From: Chlamydiota bacterium | GTDB lineage: Bacteria; Chlamydiota; Chlamydiia; Chlamydiales; JAAKFR01 | Assembly (NCBI GenBank): GCA_021772455.1 | Contig: JAJFLY010000015.1 | Location: 1,168-65,167, forward strand | Reading direction: 5' to 3' | Length of the DNA: 64,000 bases | Translations under genes and position numbers: made by a program | The notes under the pieces: model-generated | Seen by the model: the letters and a program-made list of their open reading frames with translations, nothing else | The model's database searches: none | What the model was told of the DNA's origin: nothing | Shown: positions 10,825-21,285 of the stretch, piece after piece | How positions within the stretch are numbered: position 1 is the first letter of the stretch | Layout of the letters: every line of letters starts with the position of its first letter

Positions 10825-11663
10825 TTTAAAATCACATTTGTCCAGTAGGTGCCCCAAGCCGACATAAGCCCCAAAAACATCACAACCGCCATCAGCGTTG
10901 TGGTGATTTTGCGCATCGTCTTCTGCGAGCGGCGTGTTAACGTAATCCCCCAGGTAATCATGAGTGTCCACAACCCGTTAAAGGCGTGATAAGTTGCCAC
11001 GACAACAAAAATAGAATACAAAACAACCATCATGGGACTTGTAAACACCTGACGTACAATTAAAAAGAAAGCCGCACCCATACTTGGCGCCTTCGCAATC
11101 ACTTGGCCATCTTCAGTTGAGAGTTGAACATTCAGATTTTTAGCTACGCGTGCAAGACCAGGATCGGATTGCAATTGGATAAAATAGAAACTTTTATCCC
11201 CATCTTGAATCTTAGTCGGATACTCTACGAAGCGCATCTGCACCACATGGGCAAGAATACCTACAAGAAGGATCCACGAAGTGATCCGCTGCCACGTGTA
11301 GGCTTTGTTGCGTTTGTATTGTGGAAGGGCAGGTTTCGTCCCATCGGTTTTGCGTGAATTTGATTTCCCCGACAGGGCGTACCACACACCCCATGCACCA
11401 TGAATCAAGAATGGTAAGCCCAAAAACACGATCTCGATCACCTTCAAATAAGGAAGGGCGTGGATCGAGTTAACCATCCGAATAAACCCTGACCCTTCAT
11501 CCTGAAAATAGAGGGCCATCTGTGAATTGACGAGTAGATGTTCAAACAAATAGATCACAAGCCAAAGACCAAGAATGGAGTGAAGGCGCCGCAAAATAAA
11601 GGGGCGCGGTAGCTTTACTTGCTCATCTGAAGGAAATTCTTTTTCATGAATTGGTGTAGTCAT
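10821..11663 (-). CDS. sdhC: Succinate dehydrogenase cytochrome b558 subunit
   Basis: RRLHSILG motif, His-containing transmembrane helices, first gene of sdhCAB. Confidence 0.93.
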   Translation of the reverse strand: MTTPIHEKEFPSDEQVKLPRPFILRRLHSILGLWLVIYLFEHLLVNSQMALYFQDEGSGFIRMVNSIHALPYLKVIEIVFLGLPFLIHGAWGVWYALSGKSNSRKTDGTKPALPQYKRNKAYTWQRITSWILLVGILAHVVQMRFVEYPTKIQDGDKSFYFIQLQSDPGLARVAKNLNVQLSTEDGQVIAKAPSMGAAFFLIVRQVFTSPMMVVLYSIFVVVATYHAFNGLWTLMITWGITLTRRSQKTMRKITTTLMAVVMFLGLMSAWGTYWTNVILK

Positions 11664-11752
11664 TTCAAGAAAAACTTAGCACCCTGATCTACCTTTGACA
11701 ACTACAAATTATTATGTTCTGAAACATTATGTTTTCATGCATAATAATGAAT

Positions 11753-11985
11753 ATGGAATTTCTTAATCGCACTGAAGAAATGAGACGACTCGATCGCCTC
11801 GCACACTCCAAACAGGGGGGCTTGGCAGTCATTTGGGGGCGTCGGCGAGTGGGCAACAAGGCGTGAGGGAGTCTATTATGTAGCCGATGAATCAACCCCG
11901 TCAGTTCAACGTAAGTATCTTGCACTCGCTCTAACAGAGATTTTACCCCGTTTTGCAGAGGTGGAGTATCCCGATTGGCGCTCAT
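11753..11985 (+). pseudogene. Truncated archaeal-type ATPase (N-terminal fragment)
   Basis: MEFLNRTEEMRRLDRLAHSKQGGLAVIWGRRRVG is followed by a frameshift at Walker A. It continues in another frame as GVYYVADESTPSVQRKYLALALTEILPRFAEVEYPDW and is cut off at the tatD 3' end. Confidence 0.75.
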
Positions 11986-12741
11986 TTAGATGCCAAAGAA
12001 GTTCTGAGCATTAGCAGCAGTGGCAGCCGCAAACTCTTCAAATGAGATGCCGCGCGCCTCTGCGAGGCATTTGGCCGTCTCCACAAGATAAGCTGGCTCA
12101 TTGCGCTTACCACGATAGGGCAAAGGAGCCAAATAAGGAGCATCGGTTTCTATCAATAACCGATCGAGAGGGACAAGTCGAGCCACCTCGCGTAGCTCTT
12201 CGCTCTTCTTAAACGTAGCGATTCCGCTAAGCGAAAGGTACCAATCCCGCGCAATCACCTCTTTTGCCTCTTCTAGAGTACCTGTAAAACAGTGGAGCAC
12301 GCCGCGAACCACTTTTTCGGAGTCGAGAACTCGGAAAAAATCGTCAAAAGCATCGCGACAATGAATCACAACGGGCAGCTCACATTCGGCAGCAAGCTTG
12401 AGGTAGCGACGTAAAAAATCTTGCTGAATCTCCGCAGAATCGCGCCAGTAGTAGTAGTCGAGCCCCGTCTCCCCAACTGCAACGAGATCGCCAGCGCGTG
12501 CATGGGTCGCAAAGGCTTCAAAAGAGGCCTCCCCTTCCTTCTCGACATCGTGAGGCGTCGTCGAGCCGACAGTATAAATCCAAGGATGTTGTTTAGAAAG
12601 GAGGAGCCCGCGTGCGAGCTCCTCAGGATTTGTGGTGATATTCACAATTTTTTCGACACCATGACTAAATGCCCGCGCGAGAATCTCTTCTAGATCCTCG
12701 GCGAGGGCCGCACTACACAGATGTGCGTGCGAATCAATCAA
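11986..12741 (-). CDS. tatD: TatD family hydrolase
   Basis: DSHAH, GETGLDY, HCF and ETDAPYL motifs. Confidence 0.95.
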   Translation of the reverse strand: MIDSHAHLCSAALAEDLEEILARAFSHGVEKIVNITTNPEELARGLLLSKQHPWIYTVGSTTPHDVEKEGEASFEAFATHARAGDLVAVGETGLDYYYWRDSAEIQQDFLRRYLKLAAECELPVVIHCRDAFDDFFRVLDSEKVVRGVLHCFTGTLEEAKEVIARDWYLSLSGIATFKKSEELREVARLVPLDRLLIETDAPYLAPLPYRGKRNEPAYLVETAKCLAEARGISFEEFAAATAANAQNFFGI

Positions 12742-14911
12742 CTTGCACCACAGTCTTAGGCGTTTCTAGCTTATCGAGATACTCGTGAACAACTTTACCA
12801 CTAAGCGTCTGCGGTAAAATGACAGGCTTATCCTGCATATTGCTCGGATAGAGCACATAAACAGGGACCCCACTGCGCCCTAGCTTTTCGAGCTCAGCTG
12901 TGATCACCGGATTTTTTTTCGTCCAGTCGGCTGTCATCGTCACAACTCCCTTCTCTTCGAATGCCTTCGTGGTATCCGAAGAGCGCAACACAGCTTTATT
13001 TGCCTGGCAAATCAAGCACCACTTTGCGGTAAAATCGACAAAAACAGGCGTCCCGCTTGCACGCAGCTGCTCGACACGCTCAGGACTATATTTTTCCCAA
13101 CCGCCATCGGAAACAGCATGCACCCCATCAACTTCCGTTGCAGCAAAGTCGCGGTGTTGCTTGGCTGTCGAAATCACAGCGCCGCCGCCCACAAAAAGCA
13201 TTAAAGCTGCAACCCCTGTTGCTACATAACGTGTCAGTTTACGCTTTGTTGGCACTCCCCATCTTCCAAAGATCCATCCACCTACTGCTAGAACTAAAAG
13301 TGCAGCAAGAAGGACGAAAGTAGCCATGTTATCTGTTTGAGCACCAAATACCCAAACAAGCCATACAACTGTTGCCATCATCAAAAAGCCCATGAGCTGT
13401 TTGAAGGTGATCATCCAGTTACCAGGCTTCGGAAGGAAGCGCACGAGCTTTGGAAAGGCAGAGAAGAGCAGATATGGAAAGGCCATTCCAAGCCCCATCA
13501 TTGTAAAGATCAAAAGTGCTTGAACAGGAGGCAACGTCATTGCAAATCCGAGTGCTGGACCTAAAAGTGGGCCCGTACAAGGAGTAGCTACAAGCGTTGC
13601 GAGAACCCCGCTCATAAATGAGCTTTTAAGAGGTGAGGTTGCTGAGGAAGCCCCCTTATTTCCAAGGGAAATCATCGACGTACCTAGTTCAAAGACTCCA
13701 AAGAGACTTAAGCCTAAGAGAAAAAGGATTCCTGCCAAGATCGCGACAAAAATCGGCTCCTGTAACTGAAAGCCCCAGCCAATCCCTTCACCATAGGCAC
13801 GCAATACTAAAAGCGCCCCTGAGAGGACCCAAAACGAGACCACAACACCTAGCGAAAAGACACCACCGTGTTTCAAAATAACACTGCGTTTCTCTTGGGC
13901 CATTTTCACAAAGCCAAATATTTTTAACGCAATAACCGGCAAAACGCATGGCATCACATTCAAGATCAAACCACCTAAGAATGCGAAAAGCAGAGCGATT
14001 CCAACGCTTGAGACACCATCGAGAGAAACAGGAGAGCTAGCAGCTCCACCAGATGTATCTACATGGATGGCGCGCTTGACAGTACTTCCCTTTTCAGAGA
14101 CGAGCAAAACACCTTTGAGCGCTTCGGGTTCGTTTCCAGCGGTCTTCACATTGAGCGTAATCCCTTCCTTCCCAATAAGGAAAGACTGAGGGGCTGCATA
14201 ATCGATCACCTCACCTTCATGAGGAATAAATTGCATCTTTTCAATTTCTCCAAAGCTATCCAGCTTGGGCATGAAGTTCATGACAATCTCATCGGCCTGC
14301 ATCTGAACAGATAAATCGCCATCTTCCAAGCCTAGCTGCCTTGGAAGCGCATCACGCGCCTCAGCAAACAAAGCTGACATTTGCGCGTCTACCTTTGGAG
14401 CCACGTCAGTGACAGGTAAAGATAATTCTAAATGGGCATTGCCCGGAACACACGAATCTTTACACGCAAGCCAATTCACATCAGCTGCGAGCATAACAGG
14501 TTGATCTGCCTTAAGATTCTCCGGAGGAGTAATCTTCGACATTAGAAGCACCGTATCTGTATACCCAAAGGCAACAAGAGACTCGTTTGTAAATGTTTCT
14601 GGATAGGGCCATTCAATCGGACCGGCCGTAAAGCCTTCCGGCAGTTGCCAGTTCACTTGGGTCGGAAAGCCCGAATCGCCCGGATTTTGCCAATAGGTAT
14701 CCCACCCATCGGCCATTTTCAACTCAACACCTACCCAAAATGGGCGGCCTGGTTGAATCGACTGCTCTTCCGCGACAAGTTCTGCTTTGACAGGTTCGCT
14801 GATCGACTCACTGACTGTCGGCGTCTCAGCTGTAGCCATAGCAGTTAAGGGCGTAAAGAGAAGGAAACAACAGAGCGGGAGTACCCGCTTGAATAAAGAA
14901 AACCTTTTCAT
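12734..14911 (-). CDS. dsbD: Protein-disulfide reductase DsbD family
   Basis: Signal peptide, WLACKDSCVP, NVMPCVLP, ATPCTGP and C-terminal thioredoxin WCLICQ. Confidence 0.92.
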   Translation of the reverse strand: MKRFSLFKRVLPLCCFLLFTPLTAMATAETPTVSESISEPVKAELVAEEQSIQPGRPFWVGVELKMADGWDTYWQNPGDSGFPTQVNWQLPEGFTAGPIEWPYPETFTNESLVAFGYTDTVLLMSKITPPENLKADQPVMLAADVNWLACKDSCVPGNAHLELSLPVTDVAPKVDAQMSALFAEARDALPRQLGLEDGDLSVQMQADEIVMNFMPKLDSFGEIEKMQFIPHEGEVIDYAAPQSFLIGKEGITLNVKTAGNEPEALKGVLLVSEKGSTVKRAIHVDTSGGAASSPVSLDGVSSVGIALLFAFLGGLILNVMPCVLPVIALKIFGFVKMAQEKRSVILKHGGVFSLGVVVSFWVLSGALLVLRAYGEGIGWGFQLQEPIFVAILAGILFLLGLSLFGVFELGTSMISLGNKGASSATSPLKSSFMSGVLATLVATPCTGPLLGPALGFAMTLPPVQALLIFTMMGLGMAFPYLLFSAFPKLVRFLPKPGNWMITFKQLMGFLMMATVVWLVWVFGAQTDNMATFVLLAALLVLAVGGWIFGRWGVPTKRKLTRYVATGVAALMLFVGGGAVISTAKQHRDFAATEVDGVHAVSDGGWEKYSPERVEQLRASGTPVFVDFTAKWCLICQANKAVLRSSDTTKAFEEKGVVTMTADWTKKNPVITAELEKLGRSGVPVYVLYPSNMQDKPVILPQTLSGKVVHEYLDKLETPKTVVQVD

Positions 14912-14998
14912 AATCCCCCGTAATGAAATTGGTTGTGTAAAAAATTATACATCATCATGATACCTAGAGTAAAGGTTTAAAAAAGTAAGTAACTAACT

Positions 14999-15706
14999 AT
15001 GATGCAAATACTAATTACAAATCCGATCATCGATGCCTACAGCGTCTCAGACCTATTTGGTAAAATAATTTTTTTATCACTCGTGCTGCTTTCCATGATC
15101 ACATGGATTATATTTGTACAAAAATTTTTATTACAAAGAAACGCAAAACGACAAGGATACGCGTTTGAGTCTTTTTTTCAAAAAAAACGCATGAATCCAC
15201 TTTCCCTTGAGGCAAATGGAATCCACCCCTATGCCAGACTCTATCAAACCCTCAAACAACATACATTAGAGCTTCTGGGCAAAAATAAGACCGTCGTGGA
15301 GAAACAAAACGTCACCCTTTCAGCCTCCGATATCGATTTAATCGAAGCCCACTTAATGAGCACCATCTCCTCTCAAACCAAGAAGATGGAGCGCAATCTC
15401 TTTATCCTATCTACTGTCGTAAGCCTCGCCCCCTTCCTCGGTCTCCTCGGCACAGTGTGGGGAATTCTATTAACATTTAACGAGCTCCAAGCTGGTGCCT
15501 CTGTCAACACAAATGCAACTATTATGGGTGGGCTTGCCATGGCGCTCGGAACGACCATAGCGGGCCTTATCGTCGCAATTCCGGCACTCATCGGCTATAA
15601 CTACCTCCGCGCATCCATATCGCAGTTTTCAGGCGAAATGGAAGATTTTTCCCACCACCTCGTAGCTTCAGTGGAGCTTCAGTACCGCCAGGTGGAAGTT
15701 ACATGA
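14999..15706 (+). CDS. tolQ: MotA/TolQ/ExbB proton channel protein
   Basis: APFLGLLGTVWGI and ALGTTIAGLIVAIPA motifs. Confidence 0.92.
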   Translation: MMQILITNPIIDAYSVSDLFGKIIFLSLVLLSMITWIIFVQKFLLQRNAKRQGYAFESFFQKKRMNPLSLEANGIHPYARLYQTLKQHTLELLGKNKTVVEKQNVTLSASDIDLIEAHLMSTISSQTKKMERNLFILSTVVSLAPFLGLLGTVWGILLTFNELQAGASVNTNATIMGGLAMALGTTIAGLIVAIPALIGYNYLRASISQFSGEMEDFSHHLVASVELQYRQVEVT

Positions 15707-16104
15707 GAAAAAGACCCCGCGAAACAATGGAAGAGGCTCCCATCAACCTCACCCCCCTAATTGACGTGGTCTTTGTGATCTTGATTATGTTTATCGTGGT
15801 GGCCCCCTTGCTTGAAATGGACCGCATAGAGCTTGCGAGCGGACCTTCTCAGAAGCAGCCGCCTCAGGCCGAGCAAAACCTCGTTATCCACGTCTTTCCC
15901 GACGATACCATCAGCTTTAATAAGCAGCCCGTCTCGCTTGCGCAGCTTGAGAAGCTACTTGTCCAGGCGCATGTCCAGTACCCAACTAAGCACCCCCAAC
16001 TCTTCCACGATCGAACCGCCAGATTTGGGACGTATCAATCGGTTAAGAACGCTGTCGAGTCTGCTGGTTTTACCGAGCTCGACGTCCTTCTAAAGCCACA
16101 ATAG
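15703..16104 (+). CDS. tolR: ExbD/TolR family protein
   Basis: INLTPLIDVVFVILIMF motif; ATGA overlap with tolQ. Confidence 0.92.
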   Translation: MRKRPRETMEEAPINLTPLIDVVFVILIMFIVVAPLLEMDRIELASGPSQKQPPQAEQNLVIHVFPDDTISFNKQPVSLAQLEKLLVQAHVQYPTKHPQLFHDRTARFGTYQSVKNAVESAGFTELDVLLKPQ

Positions 16105-16135
16105 AATCACCAAAAAATGATTGCAATCCATAGGC

Positions 16136-16170
16136 AAAAAAAACGCAGCCCCCAAAAATTAAGGGCTGCG
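16136..16170 (-). terminator. Intrinsic terminator of the autotransporter-domain gene
   Basis: Stem cgcagccc/gggctgcg (16144-16170), followed on the minus strand by 8 T. Confidence 0.8.
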
Positions 16171-16195
16171 AAAACTAACTAAGCAGAGCTAACGA

Positions 16196-17158
16196 TTAGT
16201 ATCCATAACCTAAGTGAAGCTCTCCAAGAACACGCCAGCTATCATCTGTGTCATAACTTCCTTCAACATTCCCTTGAAGGTCGAAGCACCCACACTGCTT
16301 ATTGAACCGCACTCCAATAAAACCATAAACAATTGTATTGTCGAGCCCATCAGAAAAAGACTGATGATCTGTCAAAAGAGTTCCACTGAGATGATTACCA
16401 TCAAATTGAAAACGTCCAGCGATACCAACGTATGGTTCGAAGCAGGTGCTCCTGCAAGGTGAAGCAAATTCACCACGCAGAGTGATCATTTGAATCGTGC
16501 GGTCTTGGACATCGAGTGTCCCAAGGATATCACGGTATTCGTAATCTCTAGCGAAGAAACCTGCATAGCGCAGTGTTGATGTGAAAACAGGATTCATGCA
16601 AAAGCAGTTAACTTCACGCGCATAGGTCAGCTCAGGACTCAAGAAAACACCTCGTGGTTGCTCATGAACTGTAATGCCCGGATTCGGTTTGAAGTGACGA
16701 TCTTCTTTCAGGTATCCACCAGTAAAAGCAAATCCTACAAAGCTATCTTCACAGAAATGTTCCCATGTCATCCCGAAGAGAAGGCTATAAGTGTCATAGT
16801 AGCTCTCATTCTTCACATCAAGTTGTCCGTATGATCCTCCAACGAAGAAGTTAAAGTAGGAATCGCAAGAAAGTGCATAGTTATATCCAGCGAGGATTCC
16901 ACCAAACCCATTTTCGTACTGGCTGCGGTTAGAATCAGACTGCCTTTCTCGATAGCTTCCAAAACCATCTACCCAAAAATTTCTCTCACAAGGATAGCGC
17001 ACACCATTGAGGCGGTGATGGTAAATTCCGTTTAAAACAGAATCTGATAGATCGGCAACCAAATCACTTTGAGAGGCAAAAGGAGCCTTCGGTATCGCAA
17101 AAAGGGTCGATGCTGAAAATAAACACACAAATAGGGACAAAATATACTTCATAATCAC
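16196..17158 (-). CDS. Exported autotransporter beta-barrel-like outer membrane protein with essentially no passenger domain
   Basis: Signal peptide, then NFWVDGFGSY, FGGILAGY, alternating beta-strands and a C-terminal aromatic motif (LHLGYGY). Cys-rich. Confidence 0.7.
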   Translation of the reverse strand: MIMKYILSLFVCLFSASTLFAIPKAPFASQSDLVADLSDSVLNGIYHHRLNGVRYPCERNFWVDGFGSYRERQSDSNRSQYENGFGGILAGYNYALSCDSYFNFFVGGSYGQLDVKNESYYDTYSLLFGMTWEHFCEDSFVGFAFTGGYLKEDRHFKPNPGITVHEQPRGVFLSPELTYAREVNCFCMNPVFTSTLRYAGFFARDYEYRDILGTLDVQDRTIQMITLRGEFASPCRSTCFEPYVGIAGRFQFDGNHLSGTLLTDHQSFSDGLDNTIVYGFIGVRFNKQCGCFDLQGNVEGSYDTDDSWRVLGELHLGYGY

Positions 17159-17261
17159 ACTCCGTTTAATTGAAGTTAGAGATAACTAAAATTTCAAAAT
17201 AATGCAACCCCCACGTGTCGAAAAAATTGACTCACACAAAGTTCTCCTCTATAAAAGCAGT

Positions 17262-17891
17262 ATGAGAATCCCAGGAATCGTTATTTTTGTGCATGTGCTG
17301 ATCATCGCATGCCTCCTTTATTTGCGCACACCCCAGCCAAAATCCAAACCGCGCACACCCGTCAAAGTACAAACCTACGTTGTACAAGAACAAACCCCCA
17401 AACCCCAACCTGTCGTACAGCCAAAATCCCAACCCCAACCTACGCCCAAACCTGCCGCCGTACCCAAACCCGTTGTAAAAAAGAGTGCGCCCAAACCAAC
17501 CTCCGAACCAAATCGGGACAAGCTCGTCCAGATGATGCAGCAAAGCCTCGCCTCATTGGATACAAAGCCTGCAGATTCAAAGCCCACCACCCCCTCAAAA
17601 AAGATTGGCGCCTTGGCAAGCGAAGCTCTTACATTTGAAACCGCTTATCAAGATCGGCTCATCACCTTTTTAGAAAATGCTCTCACACTCCCAGAAAAAG
17701 GAGATGTTAAAATTACATTGACCCTCAATCGCACCGGCGGCGTTAAATCAGTCTCCGTCAAACAAACTGCCAGTCAGCGCAACCGTACATATGTCGAATC
17801 GGCCCTCCCCTCCCTTCTTCTTCCTCCTTTTAAGGACAATTTCAAAGGAGAAAGTGCACATACTTTTTCCATAACATTGACAAGTTCATAG
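17262..17891 (+). CDS. tolA: TolA/TonB-like protein
   Basis: N-terminal transmembrane helix with His (IFVHVLII), Pro/Lys-rich linker, TonB_C-like C-terminus, directly upstream of tolB. Start moved to ATG 17262. Confidence 0.75.
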   Translation: MRIPGIVIFVHVLIIACLLYLRTPQPKSKPRTPVKVQTYVVQEQTPKPQPVVQPKSQPQPTPKPAAVPKPVVKKSAPKPTSEPNRDKLVQMMQQSLASLDTKPADSKPTTPSKKIGALASEALTFETAYQDRLITFLENALTLPEKGDVKITLTLNRTGGVKSVSVKQTASQRNRTYVESALPSLLLPPFKDNFKGESAHTFSITLTSS

Positions 17892-17915
17892 AAAGTTTGG
17901 TATCTCATTACTACT

Positions 17916-19280
17916 ATGTCTAAGTTGCTAGCCCTTATTTTACTTTTCGTTCCCCTTTTTGCTGACGATGAAATCGTTGTGCACCTCTCCAGTGAAGAGA
18001 AATGCGCTCCCCTCTATCTCACTCCAATTGAAGACATTCGCTCCGGATTTGATACCCAATATCTACAGGCGCTCGAAAAAGTGCTTAGCTTTGATCTCGA
18101 TCACAATGGACGGACAGGGGTGATTCCCCATACAAAAAAATATAAAGAGCAGGCAAAACAAGAATCTGGGCTTCACGTTTTTGAGCGAGAAAAATGGCGC
18201 GCCCTTGGGTGTGATTTTGTTGTAAAAACAGCCATCTCCAATAAGAAATTCACAACCACCCTCTTTTCAGTACAAACCGGGACAATCAAAGGGATCGACG
18301 GTGTTCAACTCAGCGGAAATATCCAACAGGATAGACGTATTATCCACTCGATCGCCGATTCCATGCACGAAGCACTCTTTGGAAAACGGGGCGTGTGTGA
18401 CACGCGCATTCTCTATACAGTGCGCACACGAGCCGGAGCGAGCTCCTCCGACTGGGTAACCGAAGTGTGGGAATCCGACTACGATGGTGGAGGCGCCCGC
18501 CAAATCACCCGCCACGGCGGACTGTGCGTCACCCCAACATACATCCCCGCACCTGTCGGCGAGCGGTGCCACAACCTCCTCTACGTCTGCTACCAAGTTG
18601 GGCAACCCAAAATTTACACAACGACTGCCGGTAAAAGTGAATCGACACGCCTCACCTTCATGCGCGGCAACCAATTGATGCCAGCACTCTCACCCCTTCA
18701 CAACCAAATCGCTTTTATCAGCGACATCACCGGCAACCCAGATCTTTTCGTCCAAGATTTTTCGCTAAATGACGGACTACTTGGAAAACCCAGACAAGTT
18801 TTTTGCGCCCCCCAAGCCGCCCAAGGAACCCCCACATACAGTCCCGACGGCCAAAAACTCGCCTTTGTTTCAAATAAAGACGGCACCCCCCGCATCTACC
18901 AACTCAAAATCCCTAAAGCTGGCGCCTCGCTAAAAGAGATCAAGCCACAGCTCATCTCCAAGAAAAATCGTAACAACACATGCCCCGCCTGGTCGCCTGA
19001 TGGAACCAAAATCGCCTATAGCGCCACAACCGCCGGCGTCCGGCAAGTATGGGTTTACGACGTGGCAACAGCAACCGAATCGCAACTAACCGATGGCTAT
19101 GGCCATAAAGAAAATCCAACCTGGGCTCCCGACAGTCTCCATTTGATGTTCAACTCATCAACTGAGACCACATCCGAACTTTTTCTGATCAACCTAAATC
19201 AGAAAAAAGGGGTAAAAATCACAAACGGCCCAGGAGAAAAACGCTTCCCAGCTTGGGAACCAACTACGAGGAAAATATGA
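17916..19280 (+). CDS. tolB: Tol-Pal system protein TolB
   Basis: Signal peptide and PD40 repeats (PTYSPDG, PAWSPDG, PTWAPD). Confidence 0.93.
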   Translation: MSKLLALILLFVPLFADDEIVVHLSSEEKCAPLYLTPIEDIRSGFDTQYLQALEKVLSFDLDHNGRTGVIPHTKKYKEQAKQESGLHVFEREKWRALGCDFVVKTAISNKKFTTTLFSVQTGTIKGIDGVQLSGNIQQDRRIIHSIADSMHEALFGKRGVCDTRILYTVRTRAGASSSDWVTEVWESDYDGGGARQITRHGGLCVTPTYIPAPVGERCHNLLYVCYQVGQPKIYTTTAGKSESTRLTFMRGNQLMPALSPLHNQIAFISDITGNPDLFVQDFSLNDGLLGKPRQVFCAPQAAQGTPTYSPDGQKLAFVSNKDGTPRIYQLKIPKAGASLKEIKPQLISKKNRNNTCPAWSPDGTKIAYSATTAGVRQVWVYDVATATESQLTDGYGHKENPTWAPDSLHLMFNSSTETTSELFLINLNQKKGVKITNGPGEKRFPAWEPTTRKI

Positions 19281-19954
19281 AAAGACGCTCACTTTCACTC
19301 ATGGCGTGCATCGCCTGCTTAGGGCTTTTAAGCTCATGTAACCGCTCCTCGCACGAAATGTGGGAAGATACCAAAACCTGTAGCCGCTACATGGGCAAAG
19401 GAGTCCGCTCCCTTTTCGGTAAACACGTCGACTCGCGCGAATACGCCTCATACTACGAAGCGTGGAACGAAGAACAAGAATTCGTACCGCTCGCCGATAC
19501 TGAGCAATACCACATGAAAGACTACACCCCGATCTCCAAAGAATCCCCCGGCGATCCCGGTTCCCCTATTCCCGGAATTGACAACTTCTCCTCTCCAATG
19601 GGAAAACTCGCTTCCCTATTTAGCAACATTCACTTTGAGACCGACAAATATGTCGTTCAAGGGACCGAGAATATGCAAACCTTAAAAATGATTGCCGACT
19701 ATCTCGCGAAAAACCCCCAAACCTACGTCTTTGTCGAAGGACACGCCGATGAACGGGGTGCTGCCGCCTACAACCTCGCCCTTGGCTCGCGCAGAGCAAA
19801 CTCCGTGCGCACCTTCCTCATCCAAAACGGCGTCAACCCAGACCAGCTCTTCACCATTTCCTACGGCAAAGAGCATCCCATTGCGATGAGCCATGATACG
19901 AGTGGCTGGCAAAAAAATAGACGGGCCCAATTTAAAACCTATAGCCGCAGATGA
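19277..19954 (+). CDS. pal: Peptidoglycan-associated lipoprotein Pal (OmpA family)
   Basis: Lipobox LLSSC and EGHADERG...YNLALGSRRA motif. Start at ATG 19277 with gagg upstream. Confidence 0.93.
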   Translation: MKRRSLSLMACIACLGLLSSCNRSSHEMWEDTKTCSRYMGKGVRSLFGKHVDSREYASYYEAWNEEQEFVPLADTEQYHMKDYTPISKESPGDPGSPIPGIDNFSSPMGKLASLFSNIHFETDKYVVQGTENMQTLKMIADYLAKNPQTYVFVEGHADERGAAAYNLALGSRRANSVRTFLIQNGVNPDQLFTISYGKEHPIAMSHDTSGWQKNRRAQFKTYSRR

Positions 19955-20535
19955 TGAAATACGCCTGTTTTTTACTTCTTACCATTAGCGGGGCCCTTTT
20001 TGGGGCTCCGCAACGTGAAAGCCTTGCCGTTCAAGAGATGCGTTCAGCCCTCGACCAAGTCGGCTTCCAAATCCATGGACACCAAGTTGAGATCGACCTT
20101 TTTCAAGAACGGCTCGACAAGCTCGAGAACTCCGTCGATAAACTCGGTGGACAAGTGCGCCAAGGAAAGCAGGACCGCACCCTTGAAGGGCGCCTCTCTA
20201 ACCTAGAAAAAGCGCATGACACCCTCATCACCGACCTAAAAAGCTTGAAAGGGCACCTCAATGAGACGAGCACCGCCCTCACCTCCTGCCAAACTAAACT
20301 CACCCAAATCGATAAGCAACTCTCCTCTGACGTCAAAGGACTCAAACGCTCACTTGAGTCTATGCTCGCCCTTCTTCAAAAAGGTGAGCCGAGTGGTGCC
20401 TACGTCGTCAAACCCGGCGACTCCCTTGGGCAAATAGCTCTTGACCACAAGACCGACACCAAAACGCTTAAGCAGCTCAATAACCTCTCCTCCGATAAGA
20501 TTGTCGTCGGCCAAAAGCTCACTCTTCCCCAGTAA
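19951..20535 (+). CDS. Coiled-coil plus LysM domain protein
   Basis: Signal peptide, long heptad region and C-terminal LysM (YVVKPGDSLGQIA...IVVGQKLTLP). Sits in the CpoB/YbgF position after pal. Confidence 0.88.
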   Translation: MMKYACFLLLTISGALFGAPQRESLAVQEMRSALDQVGFQIHGHQVEIDLFQERLDKLENSVDKLGGQVRQGKQDRTLEGRLSNLEKAHDTLITDLKSLKGHLNETSTALTSCQTKLTQIDKQLSSDVKGLKRSLESMLALLQKGEPSGAYVVKPGDSLGQIALDHKTDTKTLKQLNNLSSDKIVVGQKLTLPQ

Positions 20536-20672
20536 CTACGCCTTCAGAGACTTAAACAACAATCTTAATGTTTTATTAATAATTGTGTGCTATAATAATT
20601 ACATGTTTATTAACAGGCAATCAACCTAATATAAATCTTAAGCAAAAACAACAAAGGATAATGTTATGCCAT
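20274..20672 (+). repeat. Copy 1 of a duplicated segment (LysM gene 3' end, promoter, start codon)
   Basis: Matches 21299-21520, e.g. caaactaaactcacccaaat, ctctcctccgataagatt.tcgtcggccaaaagctcac and gctataataattacat. Confidence 0.85.
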
Positions 20673-21256
20673 CAGCAATAAAGCATGGAGCATCAGCGGC
20701 AGAGAGACAAAAAAGCAGAACGAATTTTTGGGCATCGGTAATGAGACAACAACAAGCAATACAAACCAAAGATGCAAAGACTGCTGCTGCAGCTCAGGCA
20801 CCAGGATCTCCCCTTGAAAAAAGAGATCCCTACGATGCCACAACTTTTATACCACCAGAACAAAAGCCCGCAAAGCCCGTAAAGCCCGGCATGTTTCAAA
20901 AAATTAAAAACCACCCATATAGAACAGGTGCAGCGGTCGTTGCTCTTGTCGCAATCGCGATCCTGATTGGTGGACTCGCCTACGTTCATTATGGGCCTGG
21001 ATTCTCTACCGTGGGCCATAAGATCGCTGAAAGCGCACTTGCCAAAAAGGCTATCGTATTAGCACACCATGGTGCAACTACAGCTCAAAAAGGGTGGGCA
21101 CAGTTCGCCGCTTTTATGAATAAAAAGCCTAATTTAAGCGTAGGTCACCTTAGTATGATTGGAACGGTTGGAATCGTGCTCTCTGCTGGCTGGATATTTC
21201 GCGGGTCGATCAAAAGTAGAATTGCAGAGATCTTTGCAAGACATTGGGAACAGTAG
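20666..21256 (+). CDS. Hypothetical membrane protein, candidate inclusion membrane (Inc-like) protein
   Basis: Hydrophilic low-complexity N-terminus without a Sec signal, two hydrophobic segments, own TATAAT promoter element. Confidence 0.6.
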   Translation: MPSAIKHGASAAERQKSRTNFWASVMRQQQAIQTKDAKTAAAAQAPGSPLEKRDPYDATTFIPPEQKPAKPVKPGMFQKIKNHPYRTGAAVVALVAIAILIGGLAYVHYGPGFSTVGHKIAESALAKKAIVLAHHGATTAQKGWAQFAAFMNKKPNLSVGHLSMIGTVGIVLSAGWIFRGSIKSRIAEIFARHWEQ

Positions 21257-21285
21257 ATAAGCGCTTGTTTATTAAGCAAAAAATA

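Noticed and set aside
10825-10971. N-terminal extension of SdhA in the ORF track
   Set aside because: Overlaps sdhC in another frame; the FAD-binding motif starts right after Met at 10824.
11689-11985. 98-aa minus-strand ORF
   Set aside because: Antisense shadow of the plus-strand ATPase pseudogene.
17380-17510. Repetitive caaaccc/cccaaa DNA
   Set aside because: Encodes the Pro/Lys/Gln linker of TolA; not a DNA repeat array.
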